NCBI GenBank assembly: GCA_013239625.1 | Contig: MU056000.1 | Coordinates: 11,111,175 to 11,175,174, forward strand | Length of the DNA stretch: 64,000 nt | Direction: 5' to 3' | Source: Lama guanicoe | Taxonomy: Eukaryota | Shown here: piece by piece, positions 37,887-50,845 of the stretch | How the letters are laid out: every line of letters starts with the position of its first letter | How positions within the stretch are numbered: position 1 is the first letter of the stretch | Notes under the pieces: generated by a model | The model's database searches: none | What the model was told of the DNA's origin: nothing | The model's input: only the letters and a program-made list of their open reading frames with translations | Program-made: the position numbers and the translations under genes

Positions 37887-39841
37887 CTTTGCCTTTTCCC
37901 TGAAATAGGAAATACATCTAGACTTTGACTCCTGGATGATCCAGACAGGAGACTGAATATCCCATGAAAGAGGGCTATCTTCTTGGTGTTTTCTTAGTTC
38001 TTTTCAGTTTTCTGTTTGTAGTGATCAGAAAAGACACATCCCTTTGTATTAGATAACAAACGATTGGCCTCATAATTTTGGGTTAAATAATTCTTTCTTG
38101 GTGGCTTCATATTTTAATTCTGTGATAATAACTGAGTATGGCTTGACTTTAAAATACAGTTTTTGTTTCTTTGTCCTTCGTACCCGGACTGCCTAGCAGA
38201 ACATTTCATTTCCTACGAAGGATGGCTGGTAACTGCAGCTGTCAGTTGCTTACATCTTTTACTTCAGTTGTTTTCAAGTTGACAGGCAATAATATAAGTT
38301 GAATAAAATATATTAAGTATTTTTATGTCTATTGGGAAATATGGTGTAATCTCAGGCTACGTATTTTGTTTTTGTTTTAGCAGTTCTAAGAAGCCTGTCT
38401 CTTTGAACACTAGTCCAGGGAGCAAAGAGCTGCAGGTTTCTACAAAAGAACAAGAGACCTATAAACCTATGAATTATCGGCAGCTCACATCCCTGGCCCT
38501 TGGAGATACAGCCTCCATTACCTGCTTTAGTCTGTACCATAAGATTTTGTATTTGATTTATATTTTTAAATGGGACCTGGGTTTAGTGGTTTATTAAATA
38601 ATGTAGGAATAATGTTTGTCAGAGAAATTATTAATATTGTATCTTCTTTGAGGCATTAAACTGGGTTTGTAGCTCATGGCTTTCATAGACATGTGAAGGA
38701 TGATGACTTCTGAATCTGATGATTAAGGTTTTATAGTAGAGTGATAACGTTTAAGTAGATAGACTTTATAAATAAGCAAGAAGCGGTATCTTTGGAATTA
38801 AGAATAATATTTCTGTTGCTAGTGCTCAGTGAATGACAAAATTCACCAGAGCTGATGTAAAGCTCTTGCTTAACAACAGCTGGTGTAGATCACTGCCATT
38901 TAAGATACATACCTTTAAAGAGATTGCTTTTTTGGGGGGGGGTCCTTAATAATTTGTTGGAACTATAAAGTTGAGATGAGGTAGTTGGCTGTCTGAATTT
39001 TGGGCCATCACTTTGAAAAGTCATTCCCACGTGTGCATCCATCTCATTACAGTAGTCATCACAGTCTTTCTGACGCTCTGATTATCTCTTTGTCTGACTT
39101 TCCTATTATTTTGCAACTGCTTTAAGGGCAGAGGGGCTTTTTCTGATCATCTTTGTGCTGGGCCTTTCCTAACACAGTGGTATGAATACAGCAAACATTA
39201 AAATGTGTTCCAAAAAGCTGAATCGAATTGAAAGAAGAATATTGGTTCTCCTGCCTTAAAGGCTTTATTAAACAAAGGCTCCAGAGTTATGAGATTTTAT
39301 GTAAAATATTTTGAGAAGCAGCCTTGTTGACAGCACCTCCTGAGAAACTTGCTTCATTTTAATCTGCCCATTTTAGCCTTTATTTAAATCACTTCTGACA
39401 GGCGTGACTCATTCGCTCCTTCCTCCCAGTCCAGCGAGTAGCCTCTTCTCATCCCCAGACCCTTGGCTTAATGTGGTTCCTGGTGACGTCACCTCAGGTG
39501 ACATTCACTGTCTGCATCCCCGGGTCTGGGTTCTTCAGAAGACTGGCTTCCATCGTCCTCCGTGGCAGGAGAGCATGCTTTTCCTTCCCCTGGTGTATGT
39601 GAGCTTCCTCTGGGCATCCCTCATGTTCTAAAGAGAGTCATCATACGGAAAATATCTATTCGGTACAGGACAGAGAGTAATTGGCTCTCCATCAGCCAGC
39701 TGCACTGCATCTTCATGCAGTAAGACTTCTGAAAAAGATGTGTCCTGGGTGACATAATCATTTTCAAATGCATTAAAATGGTTTCTAGTTGTTTTTGTTT
39801 TTGCTCTGATTCCTATAATGATAGATTATTAATATAGAACG

Positions 39842-39844
<3 letters not shown>

Positions 39845-39872
<28 letters not shown>
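39845..39872. repeat. (TG)n microsatellite
   Basis: Direct observation. Confidence 0.97.
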
Positions 39873-39875
<3 letters not shown>

Positions 39876-41884
39876 AAGGGTGTAGTAGTTAGAGGCCTTG
39901 AGATCTAAATCCACCCTTTGATCAAGTTTGCGTTTTCAAATTGTTAAGAAAAAAGAAGCTGGAAGGTCTGGCTAATTGTTTTACAAATGCAGTCTGTTGT
40001 ATTTGTCGGCCACCCATGTCTCCAAGGCACACTGCCTGAGTACTTTAATCTGTGGTCATGCTTAGTCCAAACCCCATCCGTTATAAAAATAATGAGAGGT
40101 TATTGGGGTTGATGTCCACGTTTCCTAGCCATAATGATGCCTGTGTGATCTTGTTTGTTTTGAAGAAGTTGTTGCTTATTGCAGGTTTGCATGGAGCTGT
40201 TTTTCTGCAGCACCTGTGGTTTTGTCCTTTGGATTCTGTACATTGTTTATGGGATGAGTGATCATGGTTGTAATTCGGGAACACAGGGCCGTGCAGGTGT
40301 TTCCCTTGGCTGATAGGAAGGCTGTAGTTCGTCCGAAGAAATACAAATGTTAGCTGGCCATCACCCATAACATAAAACGCTTCTTTATTATACTGGGAAA
40401 GTGCCTGGAGCTATTCTTGTGAGAATAGAAAAATTTCTGGAACTTTCTGCCAACAGAAAAAAATATCCTTTTATATATCCTGTTTTACATAAAACAGAGG
40501 AGTGGAGAACAGCTCTTGAGTTGTCATGATTTGAAAAAACTAATGAATTTCTTGAGATAAGACACAACAATGCATTGAAAAAAAAATCCCTTTTGGACAA
40601 TAATTAGGATGTGGTTCCCAGGAGGCAGAGACTTGATCTTTTAAGAAGAACAATGTTGTTCCTAGAATGATACCAACTATCAAAAGGACATCAGTGAGTC
40701 TGACTGGTCAGCCTTTTGAGTGGTTTTGGGGAAGCTCGGTGAATTTGGAACTTCTGAATCTTCTTAGGCAAAGACTAAACAAACTAGCCCAGCTACGGTC
40801 TCAGATGTAGTTCTGGAAAGGCTGGAATGCACTAAATACTCTAAGTGCATCATCCAGTACTTTTAACAGCGGACCCCTCATGAGATTGTCATACCCCCCG
40901 TGATGCTACAGGACATCCAAAGTACTTTCATAATTTAAGCAGGAAATAGCTCAATCACCATATGTTTAGGAGGAAAGTTGATACAGTTCCAATCCCATAT
41001 GAAGCAAACATAGGTGTACTAATTCTATAAAACAAATATGTTCAACTTTTCTTGTCCCATCACGTTCCCCTCCCCCCCAATTTTTTTTTAAAGTGTGGTG
41101 GTGAAATTAACTTGAAATGGAATGTTTTGGGATCAGCTAAATGTTTATGTATGCTTTTGTCAGACATGACATAGAACATCTTGATGAAAAATAAATTATT
41201 CAGCCGCTTAAGGCATTCACTGTTTCCAAGTGAGTTACATGTTTGTCATCAAGTAGATATATATAGATAGACAGCTGTTGCCAAAAAGTGCTTTTTTTCT
41301 TTTTTTGGTGGATGTCAGTGTATTAGTTTGGTGAGACTGAACAGTGTCATGGCCTTTGGCGTTTTCATCTTTTCAGATTTCTGAATCTTAATGACTTGAA
41401 ACTTATGGGTTCCTACCTGCAAGTGGGAGGTTGACAGTATGAGAGACAAAAGTGGTGATATTCCTCATTTTCATGACAACATATAGGAAAAGGTATTATA
41501 GCTCATTACTTATGTGTAGCCACATTGAAGGTCAGACTCCCCCTCCCACCCCTCAGCAGTGTTTGGCCGTAAGCAGTATGGGAAGTTGTTTTCTTCAGGG
41601 GAATTTGAATATATTACTGTTGGGCTCTGTGAATGATTGGTATCCTAGAGGGATGTAGGACCCCAGGATGCTACCTCTCCTGCAGGCCACAATTTGTCCA
41701 TTAGTCTGTGGCTTTAGAATAGAGCCTGTAATTCCTTATCCAGAAAAACAGCATGTCTGAAAGGGAATAATGAAACTTATAAAACACAGATGCTTCCCTA
41801 AGCTAAACAAAATTGCTTTACAAAAGGGCAAGAAGTCACATCTCAAAATAAAACATTTCTAGCCTCTTTATTATTATGTCACAG

Positions 41885-42410
41885 TGTGTTCTGGTGACTG
41901 TTGCTGCGTAACAAATCATCCGAAAACTGAGTGGCCTAAAACAGCAGCCGTTGTTTTATGGTCCCTTTTGGTTTTTGTGGGTTGGATTTTGGGGAGGCCT
42001 AGGCAGGGTGGTTCTGGGGCTGAGCAGTGGCTGATGCTGGAACATAAGGGCTGGAGCAGTCCTGGATGGGGCTGGCCTCTCTGCCTGTCTGTCTGTCTCT
42101 CTGTAGGGTCTCAAGGCCTCTCCTTGTGGTCTCTCCACGTGGGCTAGTGTGGGCTTCCTCACAAAATGGCGGTCTCAGGGCAGTCTGTTTACATGGCAGA
42201 AAAAACGTTTCAAAAGTGGTTCATTCCAGTGGACAAGGTGAAAGTAGCATTACCTTTCACAGCTTACTCTCAGAGGTCACGCATGTCACTTCCCCCCCGG
42301 ACAAGAGGAGACTCCATCATTGATGGGAACATAGCCAGTCTAGAGGACATGTGGAATAGAATGTAATGCGTTAGTGTGCGGTCCTCTTTGGAAAAATATA
42401 ATCCACCACA
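41885..42410 (-). mobile_element. MLT1 (MaLR) solo LTR
   Basis: ttgctgcgtaacaaatcatccgaaaactgagtggcctaaaaca...gggcttcctcacaaaatggcggtctcaggg...ggaaaaatataatccaccaca. Confidence 0.85.
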
Positions 42411-43789
42411 CTGTGCTTTATAATAACTTAAAAACGAAGTTTTAGTCTCAGTTCCTGGGTAAGCAAACTGAGAAGCTGTCCTTTCATAATCTTTGAACAA
42501 GACTTGGAATATTTAACTCCTTGCTTTTGTAACAGGCAGGTGCAAGGCCATGCCCACCTGGGGGAAAATATTGATGGCAATGTGAACATAAACCCCAGGG
42601 TAAAGGAGTGTCAGAGGTGCTGGAACAGAAAAGGAAGCAGGTGATCCTATGAAACTCACCAGTTGCCCTTCCTGTGTGTGTCTCAGGCCCATGAAACGTC
42701 TCTTGGCTGCTCATGGTCTATCTCAGGTGTCTAGGTGAGCAGTCAGGGGTCTGGGAGAATGTCTCCGGGACACTTACAGATGCAGCAGTATATTTTAAGT
42801 ATTTTAATGCATGGTTAGAAGGAGAAATGGCAGACAGGAGGCTGGAGTCCTATAGTGGTCCTGCTCTGAGCTGGTGAGGTGACCCCTAGCAAAGGTGTCT
42901 CTCTAGATCCGGGATTATGAGTTATGCCAACCACTAGTCATGGTGGAAAAGTTCCAGCACCTGGAGACAGATGCCACTAGCTGATGGGCAGAGCCCTCTT
43001 GCTTCCCCACATACAACCAAGGTCACACTTTAAAGGACATCGTATCTGCAAAATCCTCAAAAATCATATTAGCGGCCACTTCAATATGTTGACCAATTTT
43101 ACTTTGACACATACTGCGTGTAACGTTGGACATATCAAGTATCATTTGTAATGATCCACACCAGCAAACCCCCTACTGAAACCTTCATTAGCTGTTGTTT
43201 ATTCTTTCAGATTAACCCTTTACCATGAGCTAGAGGATGTTTGAGGGACTCAATTCCAAATACCGTGCACTGATGCCCACCCCATCCTTCCGTCTCCCCA
43301 CCGCCTCACTGCTGCCTGCACTGGACAGAAGTGCCCATGTCGAAGTTGGTGGATCCACCCGTGCTCCTCCTTGCTCTGTCCAGGATGCTGTGCTCAGACG
43401 AAACAGCCTCTGGGGCTTGGATGGAACCAATGTAGCCATTTTTGCCAGCTTTGTGGGACCTCGTCTCCCTGTTGTGGAAATTTCTCCCAGACACTTAAGC
43501 CTACTTGACAGGCTATCCCTGTGCAACTGGAAGACTCTCAGACTTTGGTCTTATAAACAGAAACTCTTTCTTTTGTCTGTTTGCCTACTTTCCCCCTCCC
43601 TCTCTCCCTCTGTTTATGAGCTTATGTGAGCATTTATGGATGTGGTGCGCCTGTGTGTGGACTTGTCGGGTGGGAAGAAAGAATGAAAGGTGGGAAAGCA
43701 AGATTATTTCTGTTCCATATCCAGCTCCCTCCAGGAGCCCAAATATCACAGTGCTGGCATAATCCCCTCAACACAGGCTTCCTTTGAAA

Positions 43790-43990
43790 CCACTCCTTAC
43801 ATTAAAGTGTATTCCAGGTAGATGAGAGATTGAAATACATAAACTGAAAATTGAAGAGGCACCAGAAGAATGTCAGCATGATTTATTTTCTACTCTGGGT
43901 TAGAGAAATCTGATTGAATAATGTTAGGATATACTAAAAGTGTACAGGAAATGATGAGAAAATTTGACCATCTATGTTCTTCTATGTAGG
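43790..43990 (+). mobile_element. Old L1 ORF2 fragment
   Basis: cactccttacattaaagtgtattccaggtagatgagagattgaaat...accagaagaa resembles a degraded L1 ORF2 segment. Confidence 0.5.
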
Positions 43991-44039
43991 AAAAAAAGGA
44001 AAGAGAAATCTTTATGTTTATACAAAAGTATGAGTCTAC

Positions 44040-45130
44040 ATGGGTATGACATCACACATGTGGAATTATGCCACACACGCTACTGTGTAACTTCATTTCA
44101 TTTGACAGTGTCAGTGACAGATTTCCATGTCAATAAATGCATCAAATTTTAATGCTTGTATAATCTTCCTTTGGATACAACAATTTACTTAACCAGTCCT
44201 GTCCTGTTCTCTTTTCATACAAATAATTAGATGCACAGCGTTAGGTATAAGTCTTTTGAACTTGGGCAGTTCTTAGGCTAAATTCTGAGAAGTCTTCTTG
44301 GATTCAAGACTATTTTCGCGTTAAATTTTGATACATGTTGTCAGCCTGGCCTCAGGAATGGGGACCACCGTCCCCTCTTACTGGGTGCTGCAGGCTCCGT
44401 GTTGCCTACATCCCACTGTTGTGGATTTGGTTAATCTTTTCAAATCTTTTATAGTCTCACTAGCACACACACAATTTCCTCTTATTTTCATTTTCACTTT
44501 TATGGTTACCACTAAGATGGAACGTTTTCTCATGTTCACTGACCACTTCTATGTTTTCTTTGGTAAAGAGCCTAATCCTGCTGTTTACTCATCATATTGT
44601 TGGGCTTTTATTATCTAGTATTACGTAGTCACTGTTCTCTGTCCAAAAAATGTGTTATTAATATGTTCTGCAGTTTTTTAAGAAAAATTTTCAACTTTCC
44701 ATATGGTAGTTTTGGGGTGATTTTCAATTTTTTTTTCACTTCCTATGTCATTTCTTCTTGGGGATGTGCTTTATTCTGAATTTTTCTGTCTCTTTCCTTT
44801 TTCTGCTGCATAGAAGTTCTACCTTGTTATTACATCACACTTATGCATAATTTCTTTTATGATTTCAGCATTAAACAGATTTCTCTAATCTGGACTAGAA
44901 AAACTTCTACATTCAAAGTTCTTCTAAATATACCCTTTCAGTTTTCAGTTTATGCATTTAATGATTCATTTATCGGAAATATATTTTAGTTAAAGGGGCC
45001 AGATCAGATCTAGCTTTGTGATTTTTTTTTTCTAAATTATTAACCATTTGTCCCAAAATCTTTGTTGAAGCATTCACCTCTCTTCTTATTGATTTGAAAT
45101 GAACTGTCACTGTAAACCATGGATGGAATT
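44040..45130 (-). mobile_element. Old L1ME-type fragment(s)
   Basis: T-rich antisense L1 motifs such as caatttacttaaccagtcc, ggttaccactaagatggaacgttttctcatgttcactgaccac and aaccatttgtcccaaaatctttgttgaa. Confidence 0.7.
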
Positions 45131-45209
45131 TCTGTGCACCTTGAGTTTACTTTTAAAGACACAGGTATTTCTCATTGCTTTTGGGACAAAGACTTCTGTC
45201 CTTAATGTG

Positions 45210-46185
45210 CCTTGGAAAAGTCTTGTGTGATCTTCTTTCTGCCCACACGTTTTCACTGCCTGCTCTGTGTCCCACATGTGAGTCTTCTTTCACTCCCATA
45301 TGTCATGTTCCTTCTTGCTTGGGGCCTCTGCACAGGCTGTTCCTTCTGCCTGACACTTTCTGGACCCAGGTGCCTTTTGGCCTTCAGTTACCTCATGTGT
45401 GTGTGCGTGTGTGTGTTGTTCCAATAAAATTTTATTTGAACTTCATTTAATTTCATGTGTCATAAAATATTATTCTTGTTTTAAGTTCTCCACCCTTATC
45501 CCGATGATTTGAAAGTGTGAAAACCATTCATAGTTCATGGATTGTATAAAAAGTAGGAGCAGATAGGATTTGGCTTGTGGGCTGTCCTGTGCTGACCTCT
45601 GAACTCGGTGAATTCACTTTCATCTGGACCATGAGTTGCATCTCTCCCAAGCTTCCTTTAAAAAGAGAACTTTCATTATTATTTTATTTTAAAAAATAGT
45701 TTCAATTCTGTGCCCAAACATTTACTTTGATTTCTTAGCCCTGAGGCAGCAGCGAGTGGAAGTAAGATTTCATTTCCAGTGTTAAGAATGCATGCTTGAC
45801 CATTTTCAGAAACACAGTTTTTGTCTTGAAAGCCCTTTGGGCAGATAGCCTCAAATTTAACTCAGATTACTTTTACTCTGGCCTTCAGTTACCTCTTAAT
45901 TATCAAGGGAAGCCTTCCTTGATTTCCAATCTTTAAGTTGAGCTTTTTTCCTTTCATTTTGCTTTCGCAGAAATCCATTCATCCCCTTTTAGAGTCCTTA
46001 GTTACAAGCTATACATTAGTCAGTGTGATGATTTGATGAGTACCCCCTCCCTCAGTGGGCTAGAAACTACTCTGTCAGGGACTCTGCCTGATTTTGCTTA
46101 TGATTGTGTCCTCATAGCCAGCCACATGGTTGCCTTCAGTAGAGATTTCTTGGCTGCCAAATGAGTAGATGAATGGATGGATAGA
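45210..46185 (+). mobile_element. L2 3' end, split by the 45395-45878 insertion
   Basis: ggcctctgcacaggctgttccttctgcctg...[insert]...cagggaagccttcc-like motif...gagtagatgaatggatgg terminal repeat. Confidence 0.7.
45410..45601. mobile_element. MER58B half-element
   Basis: gttccaataaaattttattt...tttcatgtgtcataaaatattattctt...gtgaaaaccattcatagttcatgg...ggatttggcttgtgggctg..tgctgacctctg; only one terminus present. Confidence 0.8.
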
Positions 46186-48739
46186 CACGCATTCCTCTAC
46201 TCTTTTCTGGGCACCAGATGTTATTACCTGAGTGTGTATAGAAGGCATGATGAGAAGCTTGTCGCTAAACTTGACCTCTGGGATATCTTTGAAGAAGAGA
46301 TTTGTGATCAGGTTTGCCGAGGTCTTGAATCCCCTTTGATTTTCAAGCCTGAGTCAGATGCAGATAATTCTTGCCCTTTTTCTCCCTCTTGAACTGGAGT
46401 GGTAGTGAGGTTTCCCAGGGTCCAGGATGCGCCAAGATTGCCTACTCGAGGCACATGGGGATCAACAGGAGCTCATCTGGTCTTGCCTGAGACGCGCCCA
46501 GTTCTTGAGAGTCTCTGTCCCAGCTTATGGATCCCGTGATAGATTGACTAGTGGCTGACGCTGGACCTTAGCCTGCAACAGTGAACTTCCTGGTCAATTG
46601 GTTCTCCTAGGGGTGGGGAGAGGAAGCATGATCATCAAAGAATTCTGTCTTTATCCTGGGGCCAAACTATGATGCACTGAAACCATTTGATTGAAAAACC
46701 CAGAGTGGAAAGTCAGCTCCTGAGAGCATGTTTAATGCCTTTGAGAAAAATATTTCTTCTAAAAGAAGAGACCGTCTCATTTGCCTGCCATCATAGGCTA
46801 TTAAACCAATGGGTTCTGTCACGTCATGCACACAAGTGCAGCACGACTGCCAAGTGGAATCCCTTTGGGCGACCCCATTCTAGGATGCTGAGGCAACCAG
46901 ATAGATGTCTTTAAGAAGAGACTATGATTTATACCTAGTGAATTAGCTTATAATTCCTCCTCCTTCTTCTTAATTTAAAACGTGTCTTAAAATGTGTAAC
47001 TGTGTTTAGCAGTAGGGGTTGAGGAGTAGAGCGATCACCATATGTGAGATTTGACAATTTCCAACACATACCAAAAGGAAGTGGATATCTTTGTAATTTT
47101 TATTGGATAGAGAAGACTGAAAAGGATGATGAGGCCAAACCATGAGCCTATTTGTACCACATGGTTACTCGTTGTCTTTGCTTGTACAGAGAGTAGAACA
47201 GATGAGACCAGTTAAGTGGGTTACAGAAGTGACAAGACTGAGAGATGAGCAGTCAGGGTAGCCCGGGCTACTGTTACTGCACGTAATTTCCCCAGGGATA
47301 TAGAAGCCACCTGTGTACATGGAAAATTTGCCTCCTAGACATTTTTCAGAGCAAAGGGAATAAATGTTCACGATTAAAAGTTACATTTCAAAACTATCCA
47401 TTGTCATTGTCAGCAAACTTACTAGGCTGTGTAGTAAAAGTTCGATTTTTAATCTCGTTTTTCTTTGGGTGTTACTGTTGGAGAAATGCGTAGATTGTGT
47501 AATATGTTGATAAGAAGAGGAAACATTTCTCCTCCCTTTTCTTCCATTCAGGTCTCAGATAGCCACTAACTAAAACTCCATCAAGCTGCTTAAGCTAATA
47601 AATCCTGATGAGTTGTTAAAACTGATTTAGTTTTATGCTAGAGTTGTATCATATTAAATATTTCTTGTCAGACCCATTGGTATGCATTACACATGAGCTT
47701 GTAGCTTATTAAATCTAAATCAAATTCTTGTTCAAAGCTGGTCACCCAAAACGTGATCTCCTTTTTAATTGTGAAATGCCAATGAATGGCTGTTCCCAGA
47801 GGAAGCTTCCCTTTGGCTTATTTTAAAGTGGATGATGTAAAAATGATTAACTTAGGAATCAAGAAAATATGTGAAACTACAAGGCCTGGAGCCAGTCTCC
47901 TAAGTTGGATCCCAATAAGCCTTTAAAAATATGTGCTGTCGTTGCAAAGCTCATTTTTCCAAGCTAGACTCGAATATTAGAGTCTAGCTAAGAACTTCTT
48001 TTTTTTTTTTTCCATGTTTGCTCTATGCAGAATCTGGGGAGTATCAAGATTGATGAAGGAATCAGGGTTGAGGTTTGGGAGCCAGCGTTAGCACTTCTGT
48101 GTGATGACAAATCGTGCCCTAGCTCCCTCCTTTAATTATATTTATTCCTTCTCTCTCTCTCTCCCCCTCCCTCCCTCCCTCCCTCTTTCTTCATCTCTCT
48201 CTTCTTCCTCCTCTCTTTTCTTCCCCAAAGCACAAAGTGATAGGTTGGAATAGAAGCACCTAATTTTCATGAAGCATTCCATCTGTTAACCTCTGGATGG
48301 AAACTTGAAAACAAAGTTAACTGCTTTGGGATCACTTAACCAGGAAGTTACGGTGGGAAAACCTCTCTTTACTAGTCCTAGTCAGCACCAAACCTCTAAC
48401 TCCTGTTCCAAAAGACAATTTACAATTCAACCCCAAGTGAAAACAGTAGAGAATTAGCCCACCCGGATCTGGCATCATCGCACCTCTTGATGTGCCTTTG
48501 TAAGTAATGGGGTCCTACAGCTCTCAATCTAAAGTGCACCAGGAAGTCAGCCGGAACCTACAAATCAGTTCAGGGCTGTAAACTATCGGTAAAAACACTT
48601 AGTAAACTCTGGCCACAGGCTTTCATAAAGAGGCCCATTGGAAGAACTTCAGTAAAATAAGGACTATTTAAATTTTCGTTTTAGCCATTTCTCTTGTGCA
48701 TGTTTGTACAGGAGAAGCAAAGGCCAGCACAGACATTTG

Positions 48740-49385
48740 GTGAGATTTCAGGCAGTATTGTAAGTTCCATCTGTTTCTATCCATCTTCCCTGTCTTGCCG
48801 ATGCCAAGCCATCATCCGCTCCCACCAGAATGAGTTCAGTAGCCTCCCTGATGCTTTCATTCTGAACTTCCCTCGTCCATCTACAATCCAGCAGCTAGAA
48901 TCATCATTTAGAACAAACATCTCTCATTTTCCCACTGGAAAACCATCCAGTGACTTCCTGATTCATGTAGATGGACTCACTAAAGCCAAATTCTTTTTGA
49001 TTGCCTCTGGGTACTCCATGATTTGCCCCTTCCCTACAGCTCCCTGATTCCTGGAATATTCCAAGGTCAAGGCCTTTGTAGATCCCAAATCCTTGGTCTG
49101 GAATGGGCTTGTCTCTTGCATGGACTGCTCCAGGGACCTTTAGATTTCAGCTCAAAGGTCCCCAACTCAGCTAAGGCTTCCATGACCCCTCCCTCTAATA
49201 AGCCCCTGCCCCCTTTTCTTCAGTGGTACCCTATGCATTTCCTCCAGGGACTCGGTCAATTTTGAAATTCTATTTATTTTTGTTTCCTAATTACGTACTC
49301 TGCCTCCCTGAAGTTGGGGATCTGATTAGCTTTATTCACTGTTGTAAATCTCAGCTTTGGTCTGGGGTCTGGTACAGAGGATGAG
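48740..49385 (+). mobile_element. L2 fragment
   Basis: ccaagccatcatc...agtagcctccctga...cagctcaaaggtccc...ttattcactgttgtaaatctcag; an antisense MIR core cccattttacagatgaagaaactgagg follows at ~49428-49500. Confidence 0.75.
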
Positions 49386-50731
49386 TGATTATGGTTCAAA
49401 TGTCTTATAAGTTATTTACAAGCATTGTCCCATTTTACAGATGAAGAAACTGAGGTACAGTGATGTTCAATAATTTCTTCAGGGTCCCAGAGCTAGTAGG
49501 GTTTAAAAACACTATCTGTGGAACATGACTTGAATGAATGAATAAATGCATCTTTATTAATGTAACATGTGCCTTCTAGAAATAATTGTTTTAAAGATTA
49601 AAAAAGAAAATCTTAGGATGGGTCAGCTAAAGAAAAAGTCATTAAATAGGATGTTTTCCTAGCTAAGGTGGAAGCTCTTTCGATCCTTTCATTCCCCCAT
49701 CCCCAGCTGTTTAGCATATGTTTTTGTTTTTCAAACTTTTTTTTTTTGTTCCTAAAAACTCTAAATTCTGGGATCCTTGACAAAGCCTCACTGTTATGCC
49801 AGGTTGAAACTCAGCCACCCATATTTGCTCATTTTGCATCAGATTTACTGTCCAGCAGAGGCAAAACTGAGGTCACTGAGTTAAAACTAGACTTCTACTT
49901 TACAGCATTATGTCTGGTGTAACGTTGAATTCAACGATTTATTACTCAATGTTGATAGACTTTGGGAGCGTGTTGTGTGATTTATTTGCTGTCAGAACTA
50001 AATGGTCAAGTTTTTAAAGTGAATGCTATTCTTCCCCCAAATAAGTTATCACTTTCAGAAATATTTTAAGCTGATTTTACTACACATTTTACCATATGTA
50101 TGTGTAAATCTGTGACTCTGGTCATTATAGAAGACCTGGGGCACAAGGCAAAGGTGATGTTTTAATCTCAACTCAATAATAGTTTATGTGCAACGGGGAT
50201 GGATATATACATATAAAGTTATATTTATATGACTTTTCTCCCAATTGCAAAATGTCTCTCTGACCTCTATCCATGTTCCATTTCCATGCAGATCACGGAA
50301 TAATTACTTAAATATGAATTTTTGAAGGCCAGTGCCATCAGAACCCTTCTTTGTTCAGTCTCTGAAGATTTTATTCTAATTTCTTTCTTTTCAAAAACTT
50401 AATTAACTCCCTTTCCCCCTCTTTCTTATGATATTGTTAATGTGTTACTTCTTTATCCATCATATGGAAATCAGTGAACTCGTGTGGATCACAAAACCCC
50501 CTTCTTAGCAGAAGTTTCTCAAGTTTCCCTGTTATAACTAATGGAATTACCTACAAAATATATACCGTGAGAAAGCAGAAGAATTGCGAGAAAGCCCATG
50601 TTCTTGACCGAGCACCCAGTGGCCTTGGGTCTTAGTAGACAGCCCGTCTGCACCTGTGTTTCTGGGTGGACACAGTGCATGCATGGTGGAGAGCATCACG
50701 CTGAGTATTTGTGCTTAGAAAGCCTTGATGA

Positions 50732-50845
50732 ACATGAAAACGAAAATATGTGTGTATGTGCAAGACTAGGACATTGTGCTGTACACCAGAGATGGACACA
50801 TTGTAGCTGATGGTACTTCAATTAAAAAAAAAAAGAAAAAAGAAA
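50732..50845 (+). mobile_element. Very short young L1 3' tail with poly(A) and TSD
   Basis: ggacattgtgctgtacaccagagatggacacattgtagctga..tacttcaattaaaaaaa; perfect 13-bp TSD aaagccttgatga at 50719-50731 and 50846-50858. Confidence 0.92.

Noticed and set aside
38700..38860. C/D-box snoRNA (ATGATGA, CTGA, TGATGA)
   Set aside because: No suitably placed terminal D box or terminal stem.
43211..43629. Acceptor-like ttgtttattctttcag followed by a 130-aa ORF
   Set aside because: No convincing donor site and no recognisable peptide.
49923..49936. 14-bp perfect palindrome cgttgaattcaacg
   Set aside because: A few palindromes of this length are expected by chance in 64 kb.
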